Origin: Squalus acanthias
Lineage: Eukaryota
Assembly: GCA_030390025.1 (NCBI GenBank)
Contig: CM059432.1
Location: forward strand, 6,510,001-6,574,000
Direction of reading: 5' to 3'
Length of the DNA: 64,000 nucleotides
Shown here: positions 24,216-35,296 of the stretch, piece by piece
How positions within the stretch are numbered: position 1 is the stretch's first letter
Layout: every line of letters starts with the position of its first letter
Notes under the pieces: model-generated
Database searches by the model: none
The model's input: only the letters and a program-made list of their open reading frames with translations
What the model was told of the DNA's origin: nothing
Made by a program: the position numbers and the translations under genes

Positions 24216-24877
24216 TTGTTCATTCTTTTATTTGTAGTTTACTGTGGTGCTTCTCCTGTAGAGTAATCTTATCCTCAGTATAATGCATTGTTCAATCTTC
24301 ACTAATCAGTAAACACTAGATAAAATGAATATAGAAGTCAAGAGTAATTTTCATAAATTCTGGGATGAACTTAGTGATGTTCATTTTTAGCAATTGGTAC
24401 AGTTGAGGCGAAGTGGTCAAATAGGAGTGTTACATAGTTTACAAAAAAATGCTCCAGCCTGAGGCCCTACAAATGGATTTATTCCTGAGCACTCCTGGGA
24501 GAGAGATCTCCTGCATCTGTTGTTTTTTTTTCATCATTGCTTGTGACAGTTTGTAGTGGCAAACAAAACAGTGGCTGTCTCAGTAATTTGGGATGAAATC
24601 TTCCTGGAGCTGCTAGAGGCTAGGGTGATAAAATGCTGGATTATTTTACTTGGTCTTGGTTCCCAGAATCTCTGAACCCTCCCACTCCACTCTCACCCTG
24701 CCACTTCAGGCACCTTATTGCATTTAGTGGTTTATTCGGGAAGTGCAACGTGAAGGACATTGATGCTGCTCTCATTGCTTTTCTGCAGCAGTGTATTTTG
24801 TTGGTAACATAAAATAATAATGTCAGTTCTCAGTGCGTGCTCGTTGGCCCAAATGTTAGATTCATTCTGCACATGTA

Positions 24878-25515
24878 CTTGAGATGTTAAACCGAGGTCC
24901 TGTCTGCCCCCTCAGGTGGACATCAGAAGAAGAGCAGGGGAGTTCTCTCCCCGGCCTCCTGGCCAATATTTATCCCTCAGCCAACATCGCTAAAAACAAA
25001 TTGTATCAACAACTAGTGTCTTTAACGTAGTAAAATGTCCCAAAGCGCTTCACAGGAGCGTTATTAAACAAAGTTTGACACCGAGCCACAAGGAGATATT
25101 AGGGCAGATGGAGGTTGGTATTAAGGAGCGTCGTAAAGGAGGAGAGAGAAGTAGAGAGGCAGAGGGGTTTAGTGAGGGAATTCCAGAGCTTGGGGCCGAG
25201 GCAGCTGAAGGCACGGCCGCCAATGGTGGAGCGATTAAAATCGGGGATGCTCAAGAGGCCAGAATTGGAGGAATGCAGAGATCTCGTAGGGTTGTAGGGC
25301 TGGAGGAGGTTACAGAGTTAGGGAGGGGCGAGGCCAGCTCAGATTATCTGGTCATTATCATATTGCTGTTTGTGGGAGCTTGCTGTGTGCAAATTGGCTG
25401 CCCTGTTTCCTACATTACAACAGTGACTGCACTTCAAAAAGTACTTCAATGGCTGTAAAGCTCTTTGGGACGTCCCGAGGTAGTGAAATGCGCTATAGAA
25501 ATGCAAGTCCTTTTT
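24878..25515 (+). mobile_element. DeuSINE fragment split by an antisense L2 3' fragment (~25001-25335)
   Basis: The SINE halves ..taaaaaca and cagattatctggtcatt.. rejoin. The insert matches the L2 at 34085-34686. Confidence 0.8.
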
Positions 25516-25646
25516 TTTCCTTCTTCTCCCCGGCTGCTAGTTCACAAGCCAATATTGCGGAAGGCCCTTGAATTGAATGAATGAGCTAAGGGAAATCAGG
25601 TAAATTTTATGGGCGTGATAGCCTAGTGGTTAAAACATAGTAACAT

Positions 25647-26110
25647 GGGGTAATTTTAACCCCAAAATGGGTGGGTTTGGGTTGGGTGGGAAGTTAAAAT
25701 GTTAAAAATCTGAAACAGGATCCCAACCTACCTCAAACCCGCCCACTTCCGGTTTTAACCTGCTCGCAGGAGGCGGGTCAGTCGTGAAACCTTTTAAGGA
25801 GCCTGCGTGTCTCCGTTTTAACAGGATTTCTATTTTTTAAACCCATGTAGGCCGGGTTTCCTGGTCCTCGGGGGAAACCCGGCAAGTAAAAGGAGACGAG
25901 AAGGGCCGGACCCATCCGCTAAGTGCCTTTACAGAACTGCTCGTCAGCCAAGTGAGCAGGAGTGTTTCCTCCAGGCCCAACAAGCTAACCTGCAAACAAC
26001 CCCCCATCACTGACCCCCTATCTCTCCCGCGACCTCCGATTTTTCCTCCTCCCATCTCTCCCCCCCCAATCTCGGACCCCCATTGCGATCACCCCTGAAC
26101 CACCCCATTC
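25647..26110. mobile_element. Harbinger-type MITE, left part
   Basis: Left end ggggtaattttaacc. Interior aaacccggcaagtaaaaggag..aggagtgtttcctccaggccc is shared with 32079-33082. Confidence 0.55.
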
Positions 26111-26775
26111 TGCTTTTCTATTTTTAAATTGGATAGCCACATTTCTCCATATTATATTCCATCTGTCATTTTCTTGTCCACTCACTTGACCTGTCGATAT
26201 CCCCTTGCAGCCTCTGCGTCCTCCTCACAACTGACTTTCCCACCTAGCTTTGTATCGTCAGCACACTTGGTCCCCTCATCTAAGTCATTAATATAGATTA
26301 TAAATAGCTGAGGCCCAAGCACTGATCCTTGCAGTGGTACCCCGCTAGTTACAGCCCTGCCAACCTGAAAATGACCCGTTTATTCCTACTCTGTTTCTGT
26401 CCATCAACCAATCCTCAATCCACGCTAATATAGTGCCCCCAATCCCATGAGCCCTTGTGTAATAACCGCTTGTGTGGCACCTTTTCGAATGCTTTTTGAA
26501 AATGCAAATACACGACATCCACTGGTTTCCCCCTTATCTACCTTGCTAGTTACACCCTCAAAAAAAACTCTAACAGATTTGTCAAACACGATTTCCCTTT
26601 CATAAATCCGTGTTGACTCTGCCCAATCCTATTATTATTTTCTAAGTGCCCTGTTACCACGTCCTTAATAATAGATTCTAACATTTTCCCGACTACTGAT
26701 TTAAACACTTCTATTATATCCCCTCGCAGTATTCTCTTTTAAAGAGAGACAAGATCCAGGTTAGTCAATCTTTCC
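26110..26775 (-). mobile_element. CR1 RT fragment
   Basis: The reverse complement encodes decayed [35 protein letters not shown] motifs. Confidence 0.8.
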
Positions 26776-26784
26776 TTTATAAAT

Positions 26785-26975
26785 GAGCAATCCAGAGGTC
26801 CTGAGTTGAAATTCAACCATGGCAACTTGTGAAAAGGAATTCAATAAATCTGGTAATTCGTGGGTTGGCATCAGAAAAATGGCAATGAAAACTGGATTAT
26901 CGTAAAAACTCAACTGTTTCACTAATATCCTTCAGGAAAGGGAATCTGGCACCCACACTTGGTCTGGCTTACATC
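26785..26975 (+). mobile_element. tRNA-SINE body of the same family as 10884 and 21010 (head start possibly 25611-25645)
   Basis: aatccagag..gagttgaaattcaaccatggca..aataaatctgg follows the head sequence seen in the other copies. Confidence 0.55.
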
Positions 26976-27209
26976 TGGTTGTCTGTTATAACGTACGTTG
27001 TGTGAAGAGAGGAACCCAGTTCCAGAAAAATCTAATTTTAACAGCGAAGCATGACAAGATATTAAAAATAACCAGGATAATCCTGTGATTTGGAGCTTTC
27101 AATTGTAAAAAGGTCAGCAGACTGAAATACTTTTTGCTGGGCAGGCGGTTGATTGAGAAAGAAGGGGTCGATGATCTTTGTCTTCCAAATGATGAGGTAC
27201 ATTAATAAT

Positions 27210-27549
27210 AGGGCGTGACTGCTGCCAACGAATTAAACTAGTTGCGCCCGTGCAGTTTGTGTTTTTTTGGTTGTTCTCGCCAGACTGCCCACAGATTGGT
27301 GAGAGAGAAAGGAGGGGAGGGAGTGGGGGGAAAAAGAGAACGCTGCTGCCGAACTGAGACACGTCAGGAGAAGAAAATAAAAGTTAAAAGTTGAATTCGT
27401 GTTTCTATCGGCTTATGAAATTTATAACGTTTATGCGCTGCCGAACTGAGCTGCCTCAGGAAAAGAAAATTTTATCGGCTTATGAAAGTTAACATTTATG
27501 CGCAGAATTCTTCTGCGCAGCTTCGGGTTCGTTGGCAGCAGTCACTCTG
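27210..27549. mobile_element. hAT-like MITE (340 bp)
   Basis: Perfect 18-bp inverted repeat gtgactgctgccaacgaa (27215-27232 / 27528-27545). 8-bp direct repeat ttaataat at 27202-27209 and 27550-27557. Confidence 0.7.
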
Positions 27550-27609
27550 TTAATAATATTGAGGCAAGCAGGCTATTGACTCGATCACAGAAATAAATGA
27601 CTTGAGTAA

Positions 27610-28730
27610 GAAAGAAAGATAACACATACGCAATTATGTATTGCCTCATCACATCTCAGAAATTTAGCAAAAATAGTCATTGTTTTGTAGGCAAACATTG
27701 TTTTTGCCAGTCAAGGCGCCATAAACTATAAGGGCTGGATTTTCAATGACCCGTGGAGTTGGGTTTGGAGGCGTGTGGGGGGGTTAAAGTTGCAGATTCG
27801 GGGGTCCCGACCCCATCCCGACTCCATTCCGCCTCCACGCAATTTTGACAAAATCGGTCGCAGTGTTCCTTACTCCGTCCCGCCTCCAAGAGGCGGGAGA
27901 GGCCATTAAAGCCCTTAACAAGCCCTAAATTGGCTCTGTAATGCCATTTTGAAATGTTTTAGCTAGTTTAACCCTTTTCCGACGTGAAGCACGCCTGATG
28001 TGAAACACGCCAGTGAAACCTGGCGGGAGCACAAGTGGATAGCTGACTATCAGCTGCAGGTCCACTATTACAACGGAGATGTGATGAACGTAGTAGTAGT
28101 ATTAGGTCTGAAAGTCGCCTCTGATGCTGCTGCATTGAATGTCTTCAGAGACTGTCTGGCTTTGCTGTGAGAGGACCTGGATGGAAAAAAAATTCTCTCT
28201 CTCTCTTTCTCTTTCTCTCTGTGATGCTGCTCATTTTGCATCCAGGTCCTCTCACAGCAAAAGCCAGGCGGTCTCTGACCTGGTCCTCTCACAGCAACAG
28301 CCAGGCAGTCTCTGACCTGCAATGCACCAACAATGATGACATCATCAGAGGCGACTTTCAGACTGAAACCACTAATTGGTTCATGGGTTCCCACAGGCTG
28401 GAACTCAATTGCCCAATTAAGTGAAAATTGCATCAATCTCCCACATCCAATTGCAGTCGGGTGGATAATACGAAATGCAGATGACACGACCCCAACCCGC
28501 CCCAGTATCAAAATCCAGCCCTAAAAATCTCTCTCTTTTCTCAGAGTGAAATGACGTCCACCTGAGCCTCTATTGACGGTGGACAAGGCTACGGGTTAAT
28601 ATCTTGTATAGAGGACAATGGCACCTTCTCTCAGTAATACATTGAAGTTTCAATCTAGATTATGTGCTCAAATCCTGGATTGGGGTTTGAACCCACAAAT
28701 CTTTTGACTCTGAAATGAAAGTGATAGCAA
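27610..28730 (-). mobile_element. Old DeuSINE split by a Harbinger MITE
   Basis: Decayed tail at 27610-27728 and head at 28525-28730 (gacgtccacctgag..ctagattatgtgctcaa..ttgaacccacaa). Confidence 0.55.
27732..28521. mobile_element. PIF/Harbinger-type MITE (790 bp)
   Basis: Perfect 12-bp TIR gggctggatttt / aaaatccagccc, with the canonical TAA TSD at 27729-27731 and 28522-28524. Confidence 0.88.
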
Positions 28731-28734
28731 CACT

Positions 28735-28838
28735 CCTCCTACCTCCTTCTGTGGCTTGGTGCCCATTTTCGTCCGTGGAGCGGCAAGGGATGGTTTTCTA
28801 CTTTAAAGCTGCTATATAAATCCTAGTTCTTGTTGTTG
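28735..28838 (+). mobile_element. L2 3' tail
   Basis: tgtggcttggtg..gctatataaat..ttgttgttg matches the other L2 tails. Confidence 0.55.
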
Positions 28839-29118
28839 TGGTGCAGTTTAAACTTGTAAGTGTGTATGAACACTGAATTACTTTTTTTAAAAAATCTGTA
28901 AATTATTTTTAGTTGAGCAATGTTTACTGTTAATTTGTTTGATCTAATGAAACAAAATTTTATAGGAAATTGAACTATTTCTCTGCCAAAATGATTCCTA
29001 AAAACTCATGTAAATTGTTAATTTAGCATGTAAATTAGTGGAGGTGCTTAAACTGAAGTTTTGAACCATCTTGTCTCAAAACTATTATTGCGCATACCAG
29101 TTGTAAGGTGTTGATGAA

Positions 29119-29232
29119 TATCATCGAATCTTACAGCACAGAAGGAGGCCATTCGGCCCATCGTGCCTGTGCCGCCTCTCTGAAAGAGCTACTCCTTTGT
29201 TCCACTCCCCTGCTCTTTCCCCATAGCCCTGC
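29119..29232 (-). mobile_element. CR1 3' tail
   Basis: acagcacagaaggaggccattcggcccatcgtg is the reverse complement of the CR1 terminal stem. Confidence 0.8.
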
Positions 29233-30473
29233 ACATTACAAATACATTAAAAAAATTAAATGGAACTGTTAAAATGTTTTTGGACACCAGTGTAGGTGAA
29301 ATATTTTTGTTTCGGTGTGTGACTCACACTCAGTAAGTTTAAAAAAAAAAAGTTTGTGTGGCAAGGTTTAGTAAAGCAACTTGGGGATTCGAAACACTCC
29401 TGGTGGAATGTTAGACTATGACTTCATAAATCTGTTTCAGTGTTGTGCTCTTATTTCCTTTCGTTATGTTCCTTCTTAGAACAGCTGCATTGTGCATAAG
29501 TAAATGGACTGCCCACTAAAGTGATCAGGTTCATTATATGTAGTTCATAACCCGTAATGAACAGAGCAGTGCCACAAATAACTTAGGTGTGAATAGAAGT
29601 AAATAAAAGTCCAGCTGAAACGAATCAAACTTCATCTGAATTGTATAAAACCCAGCATGCATACTATGACCCATGCGGGGAGAGGAAGAGATCTTCTACC
29701 TGCATAACTGGTATTGCCATTAAGCTCTATAACTCCCTTTTAAAATGCCCCATCTGGATCACATTGATACCTTGAATTTTGAATGAGTCAAAAAAAAAAA
29801 TCCCTTGAAGTCTGTCCACCTGATGCAATTGTTCTTCCTATCTGAAAATAAAAAGTAGTGTGCAAAAAAAAAAACCAACTAGAATTACAGCAACATTTGC
29901 TTCATATTTAACTTTGCCAACCAATTCTTTTGTTTTAAAATGAGAGTTTAAAGACAACTTTAAATGATGCATTGCTTATTTTGCAATTATAATTAAGGGC
30001 ATTTGGAAGTAATATTCTTGAACAGTATGCATTATTGAAATAAGTGTGCACTTTGGATATCTTCAGTTTGTTTAAGCAAGATAAACTATCCATGTACTTG
30101 AGATTTTTATGACTCTACTGAGTCATAATGGCAATTAATGTACCTCGTCTGAAAGTAAGCATTTGGAAAAAAAATTTAATATGACAGTCTAAAATTGATT
30201 GAAGTTCATTTGAAGTGAATGCAAACACCATTTGGATTCCACCTGCATTAGCACACTTCTGATTAACATTCGTGAAATCATTTGTGCTTCATTTAACACC
30301 TCATACAGAACCTTGTCGTCGTAGCACAAATTCCAGGGGTTTTCTAACTTTGTGCTCGGTAGACAGCAAAATAGGACCATTTTGTTAATACCAGCTAATA
30401 CAGTCTGTGTAACCTGGCTTCTGCTTAAACAGCATTGCTACATAAATTGTACAGTAAATAATATGCTACACAG

Positions 30474-30848
30474 CTTGAGCCCAAAAATCTAGGCTGACAC
30501 TCCAGTGCAGCACTGAGGGAGTGCTGTACTATTGGATGTGCCATCTTTCGGATGAGACATTAAACTGTGGTCCCGTCTGCACTCTCAGGTGGACGTAAAA
30601 GATCCACTATTTCGAAGAAGAGCAGGGGTCCTAGCCAATATTTATCCCTCAATCAACATCACTAAAACAGATTATCTGGTCATTATCACATTGCTGTTTT
30701 GTGGGAGCTTGCTGTGAGCGAATTGGCTGCCGCGTTTCCTACATCATAACAGTGACCACACTTCAAAAAGAAAAATACTTTATTGGCTGTGAAGCGCTTT
30801 GGAACATCCGGTGGTCTTGAAAGGCGCTATATAAATACAAGTCTTTAT
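30474..30848 (+). mobile_element. DeuSINE, 5'-truncated
   Basis: Deu domain and L2-type tail. Confidence 0.85.
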
Positions 30849-31244
30849 TTCAATCTTCCATATGTATTTTTATTGGTAAAATGTGATTTTTTTGATTTAT
30901 CTCTAATTTAGCACTTGTTAAGGTTGAGGGACTGCTCATTAAAAATGGACGCTAAATTTTAATGATGGGTTATGCCACGAATTTGAACGATAGCAGTCTT
31001 ATATTTGCATGACGATTGCCAGAAAACGCAAGTCTAATTTCACTGATTCCAATTCAACATTTAGACAGTAAAACCATAAATAGCACATCAAAAAAACTGC
31101 CTCTCTATTCTGTTGACCTCCATCTGACCACCTCAAGGCCTATCGTTTTAAAACAAACCATGCTGACAAACTCTTTAGCTATTTCTACGTGTACAGAAAT
31201 CTGGGCTTTCCTTTGTGACTCCACTGGCATGTATTCTTGGCCGT

Positions 31245-31580
31245 TTTGGCAGAATTGTGGATGAGTTTAAGATTATGGAGAGTGGAAGATGGGAGGCCGG
31301 CCAGGAGAGTATTGGAATAGTCGAGTCTGGAGGTAATAAAAGCACAGACGAGAGTTTCAGCAGCAGATGGGCGGAGGCAGGGGAGGAGACGAGTGATATT
31401 ATGGAGGTGGGAGTAGGCAGTCTTGGTGATTCGGAGGATCAGCACAGGATTAAATAGGACGCCGAAAGGATTAAAAAGAAAGACTTGCATTTATATATCG
31501 CCTTTCATGACCTCCAGGATGTCCCAAAGCGCTTTACAGCTAATTAAGTAGTTTTAAAGTGTAGTCACTGATGTAATGCA
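31245..31580 (-). mobile_element. L2 ORF fragment (31245-31440) and DeuSINE tail (31475-31580)
   Basis: Minus ORF reads AAETLVCAFITSRLDYSNTLLAGLP, an L2 motif. Reverse DeuSINE tail follows. Confidence 0.75.
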
Positions 31581-31999
31581 GTCAGCGATGGTGCAATGAG
31601 GATGATTAAATTGAAGGCTAGTGTTCCAACTTCATGTTTTAGTTTTACAGCTTATTTCACATTTTATTGATAAAGATACACGCCTTGCAAGTAATTTGGA
31701 CTTTCTGCCCATAACATAATGAATAGGTGAAAAATTTACTCTCGATGAGCTGATTGCTGACAGATGAACTGAATGACCCTTTTCTGACTAGTCTATTTAT
31801 TTTAGAGCAGAATTAAATCGCAGAGACAGATGGAAATTTTTTGCCCCTAAAATTTGTATCTGGCAACTTTGCGATATCATCCTATTAGTTTGGAATAGTT
31901 TCCAATTTTGTTCATATCTGAATTAGCCATTCTTTTTTAATCGGGATTACTGGTGTATTAAATTGCCTTGTGTGATTCAAGGCCGTGAATGGTTCGGTG

Positions 32000-32076
32000 T
32001 TAGCTGTGGCTCAGTTGATAACACTTTCGCTTCTGAGTCAGAAGGTTGTGGGTTCAAGTCCCACTCCGGAGACTTG
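32000..32076 (+). mobile_element. DeuSINE tRNA-derived head
   Basis: A box tggctcagttga and B box gggttcaagtccc. Confidence 0.8.
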
Positions 32077-32078
32077 GT

Positions 32079-33082
32079 CATTCTATTTTTAACTCTACTC
32101 CTGCTCCTACTTCTTATGTTCTTACGTCGGCTGGGTTTCCCAGGCCTCGGTAAACCCGGCAAGTAAAAGGAGGCGAGAAGGGTAGAATCCATGAGGTAAG
32201 TGCCTTAGGATGTGAAGGCCTGAGAGAGGGTGCAGAGAAGATTTCCAAGAAGGATTCCAGGGATGAGGGACTTCAGTTACGTGGATAGATTGGAGAAGCT
32301 GGGGTTGTTATCCTCAGAGCAGAGAAGGTTGAGAGGAGATTTGATAGAGGTGTTCAAAATCATGAGGTGTCCAGACTGAGTAGATAGAGAGAAACTGTTC
32401 CCATTGGCGGCAGGGTCGAGAACCAGAGGACACAGATTTAAGGTGATTTGCAAAAGAACCAAAGACGACATAAGAAAAAAACTTTTTTACGCAGCGAGTG
32501 GTTAGGATCTGGAATGCACTGTCTGAAAGGGTGGTGGAGGCAGACTCAATCACGGCTTTCAAAAGGGAGTTGGATAAGTACCTGAAAGAAAAAAATTTGC
32601 AGGGCTACGGGGAAAGGGCGGGGGGAGTGGGACTAGCTGAAATGCTCTTGCAGAGAGCCGGCACGGGCTCGACGGGCCGAATGGCCTCCTTCTGTGCTGT
32701 AACCATTCTGTGATCCTACAGCACTGCGCGTGGTCCGGGAGGACGAGGAGTGTTTCCTCCAGGCCCGACAAGCTACTTAGTAAACAACCCCCCGTGATCT
32801 GTCTGCTCCACTCCCCACCATTGGACCCCCCCCCTTGCAATCGGGACCCCCCCTGCCTCCAATGAGATCGGAACCCTCCTCACCCGACCCACCCCTTCGT
32901 GATCGGGTCCCTCCCACCCCTCAACTAGACCTACCTGCTCTCCTCGTCCGGCTGGCTGGCTGTGGGTGGGAAACCGACAGGAAAAAAGTTTTAAAACTGC
33001 AGGACATTTGTAAAACCCGTTCCTCTGGGCTTCCCTGCCTCAAAACAGCCGCCCTGCACAGAACGCACTAAAATCCGAGGCC
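32079..33082. mobile_element. Harbinger-type MITE (right part) carrying two CR1 inserts (32095-32124 and 32207-32716)
   Basis: Colinear with 25829-26100 once the inserts are removed. Right end taaaatccgaggcc. Confidence 0.6.
32207..32716 (+). mobile_element. CR1 3' fragment
   Basis: VRIWNALSERVVEADSITAFKRELDKYL followed by a CR1 tail. Confidence 0.9.
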
Positions 33083-33352
33083 GACGGGTCTACCGGGACA
33101 GTCGTGTGTGTTGTTTTTGGGAAGAAGGTAGAAGTGAGCTGTGCAAGGTTGGGGGAACCATGCTGGGGAAGATGAGGTGGGTGATGATCTGGGAAATTAT
33201 AGTTTGATGTTCAGTGGTGGGGGGGTCATGGTCCAGCGGGAGGTAGGAGGAGATGCCAGAGAGTTGACATTCAGCCTCCGCAAAGTAGAGGTCTTGTTGC
33301 CAAACAACAGCACGCCTTTTCTTGTCAGCAAGTTTAATGACTATGTCGGGTT
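33083..33352 (-). mobile_element. Penelope-like element RT remnant
   Basis: Manual minus-strand translation gives PDIVIKLADKKRRAVVWQQDLYFAEAECQLSGISSYLPLDHDP, then after a frameshift FYLLPK..DCPGRPV. This fits the PLE RT N-terminal pattern IVIKPADKG..FY.LPKIHK..PGRPI. Confidence 0.75.
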
Positions 33353-34084
33353 GTCATTTGTTCTGTAGCCTAATTATACTCAACAGAAAAGGAAGAGAAT
33401 TGGGTGTGAATATTATATTAAGACCATATTCCTATTGCTAATGTACCAGCAAATAATTTATAGCTCTCTGAGTATATTCACAGCTGTATATTGGGTTCAA
33501 AGGTTTGTAGTAATATTTATCTTTGTTCCTGTAATGGAAATATGAAGTGTCAACTAATGATGAAAAAAAAAACTGACGCTAAAAAGGGCAGCGCGAAATA
33601 ATGCATTCCATTCATGCAGTCTGGCAACCATGCCGCATGAGGTGTTAAGCAATCCTCTTTGGCAGTGGCTTTGAAGCTACTGTCTGTCTCTCATTTGTGC
33701 GCCTTAATGGCACAAAATATTCACATGGATCCAAACTCATTGACTAAATCTTCAGATTTCAAAGAGTCCACATAGCATCAACACCACTAGTCGTCATGTT
33801 TTCAGAAGTGCTTCCAGGAGTTCTACTTCTGTGTTCATGATGAAGAACAGTCATTGGAAGAAGGGTGCCAGTATAAAACCTACACTTGATAAATCATCTG
33901 CCTTGTTGACTCAGTATACTTTTCATGCTTTTAAATCAAGGGAACCCAGGATAGGATCTATGCATCCTTGCTAATGGTGAATAACACAGATGACATTAAT
34001 TGTGGTAACCGGGAAATGCGCAGTCGTACTGCAAAAGGATGACATCCGACTTATTTCAGTCACAACCTTTCTTGATATGACTCA

Positions 34085-34686
34085 ACAACAGCAACAATAA
34101 ATTGCATTTATATAGTGCCTTTAACATAGTAAAATGTCCCTAGGCGCTTCACAGGTGCGTTATCAAACAAAATTTGACACCGAGCCACATAAGGAGATAC
34201 TGGGATAGATGACCAAAAACTTGGTCAAAGAGATAGATTTTAAGGAGTATCTTAAAGGAGGAGAGAGAGGCAGAGAGGTTTAGGGAGGGAATTCCAGAGC
34301 TTGGGGCCTAGGCAGCTGAAGGCACGGCCGCCAATGATGGAGCGATTAAAACCAGGGATGCTCAAGAGGCCAGAATTGAAGGAGCGCAGAGATCTCAAAG
34401 GGTTGTAGTGCTGGAGGAGGTGACAGAGATAGGGAGGGGGCGTGGCCATGGAGGGATTTGAAAACATGGATGAGAAATCTTAAAATGAGGCATTGCTGGA
34501 GATCAGCCAATGGAGATCAGCGAGCACAGAGGTGATGAGTGAACGGGACTTGATACGAGTTGGGATACGGGCAGCAGAGTTTTGGATGAGCTCAAGTTTA
34601 TCGAGGGTGGAAGATGGGAGGCCGGCCATGAGCTGGAATAGTCAAGTCCAGAGGTAACAAAGGCATGGATGAAGGTTTCAGCAGCA
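34085..34686 (-). mobile_element. L2 LINE 3' fragment
   Basis: Minus ORF reads PPYLCHLLQHYNPLRSLRS..GGRAFSCLGPKLWNSLP, followed by an L2 tail. Confidence 0.88.
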
Positions 34687-35183
34687 TTAACAGAACATCA
34701 GTTACAGGCTGTAAATGATGTTAGTCAGCTGAGCTAACACCTCTCCACAGGCAGTAATACAGAGAACATCTGATGACTATGTTTGTCCAGCATTACTTTG
34801 TCATGTTTGTTGAGTGGCTAGGTGGATGGAAGGGAAGGATTTTTTTCTTTAAGAAAAGCTACCAATATCACTGCAAGAAAGAACAAACTTGCTTTTGTAT
34901 AGTGCCTTTCAGGTCCTCGGGTTATCCCGCAGTGCTTCAGAGCCAGTGAATTCCTTTTGCCGTCTAGGCACTGTTGTTTTGTAGGCAAAGGTGACAGCCA
35001 GTTTGCATACAGCAAGGTCCCACAAACAGCAATGAGACGAATGACCAGTTATTAGCCTGGAATTTGCGGTGGGTAGCAACATCGAACTGGCAGCATTCGC
35101 TGTTATTACCCCTTTGAAACTGACCGCAACTTCAGGATGTAGCGCGTGCGGACCCCAACGCGGAAATCCTGAATTTGTGGTCA

Positions 35184-35296
35184 GCGAGAGGAGCGGGCTC
35201 AGTGGCGCTATAAAGAGCGCGAGAGGAGCGGGCTGAGCGGTATAAAGAGCGCGAGTGGAGCGGGCTGAGCGGTATAAAGAGCGCGAGTGGAGCGGG
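35184..35296 (+). repeat. ~3.5 tandem 32-bp units at the CR1 5' end, with TATAAA in each full unit
   Basis: Unit gcgag(a/t)ggagcgggctgagcggtataaagagc. TATAAA starts at 35209, 35241 and 35273. Confidence 0.9.

Noticed and set aside
32000..32076. tRNA gene (also 10884-10980, 21040-21125 and 47552-47625)
   Set aside because: A and B boxes are present, but the sequences match the heads of multi-copy SINEs and I could not build a full cloverleaf.
35184..35296. 32-bp repeats resembling a CRISPR array
   Set aside because: The units are head-to-tail with no unique spacers, there are no cas genes, and the context is a vertebrate LINE 5' UTR.
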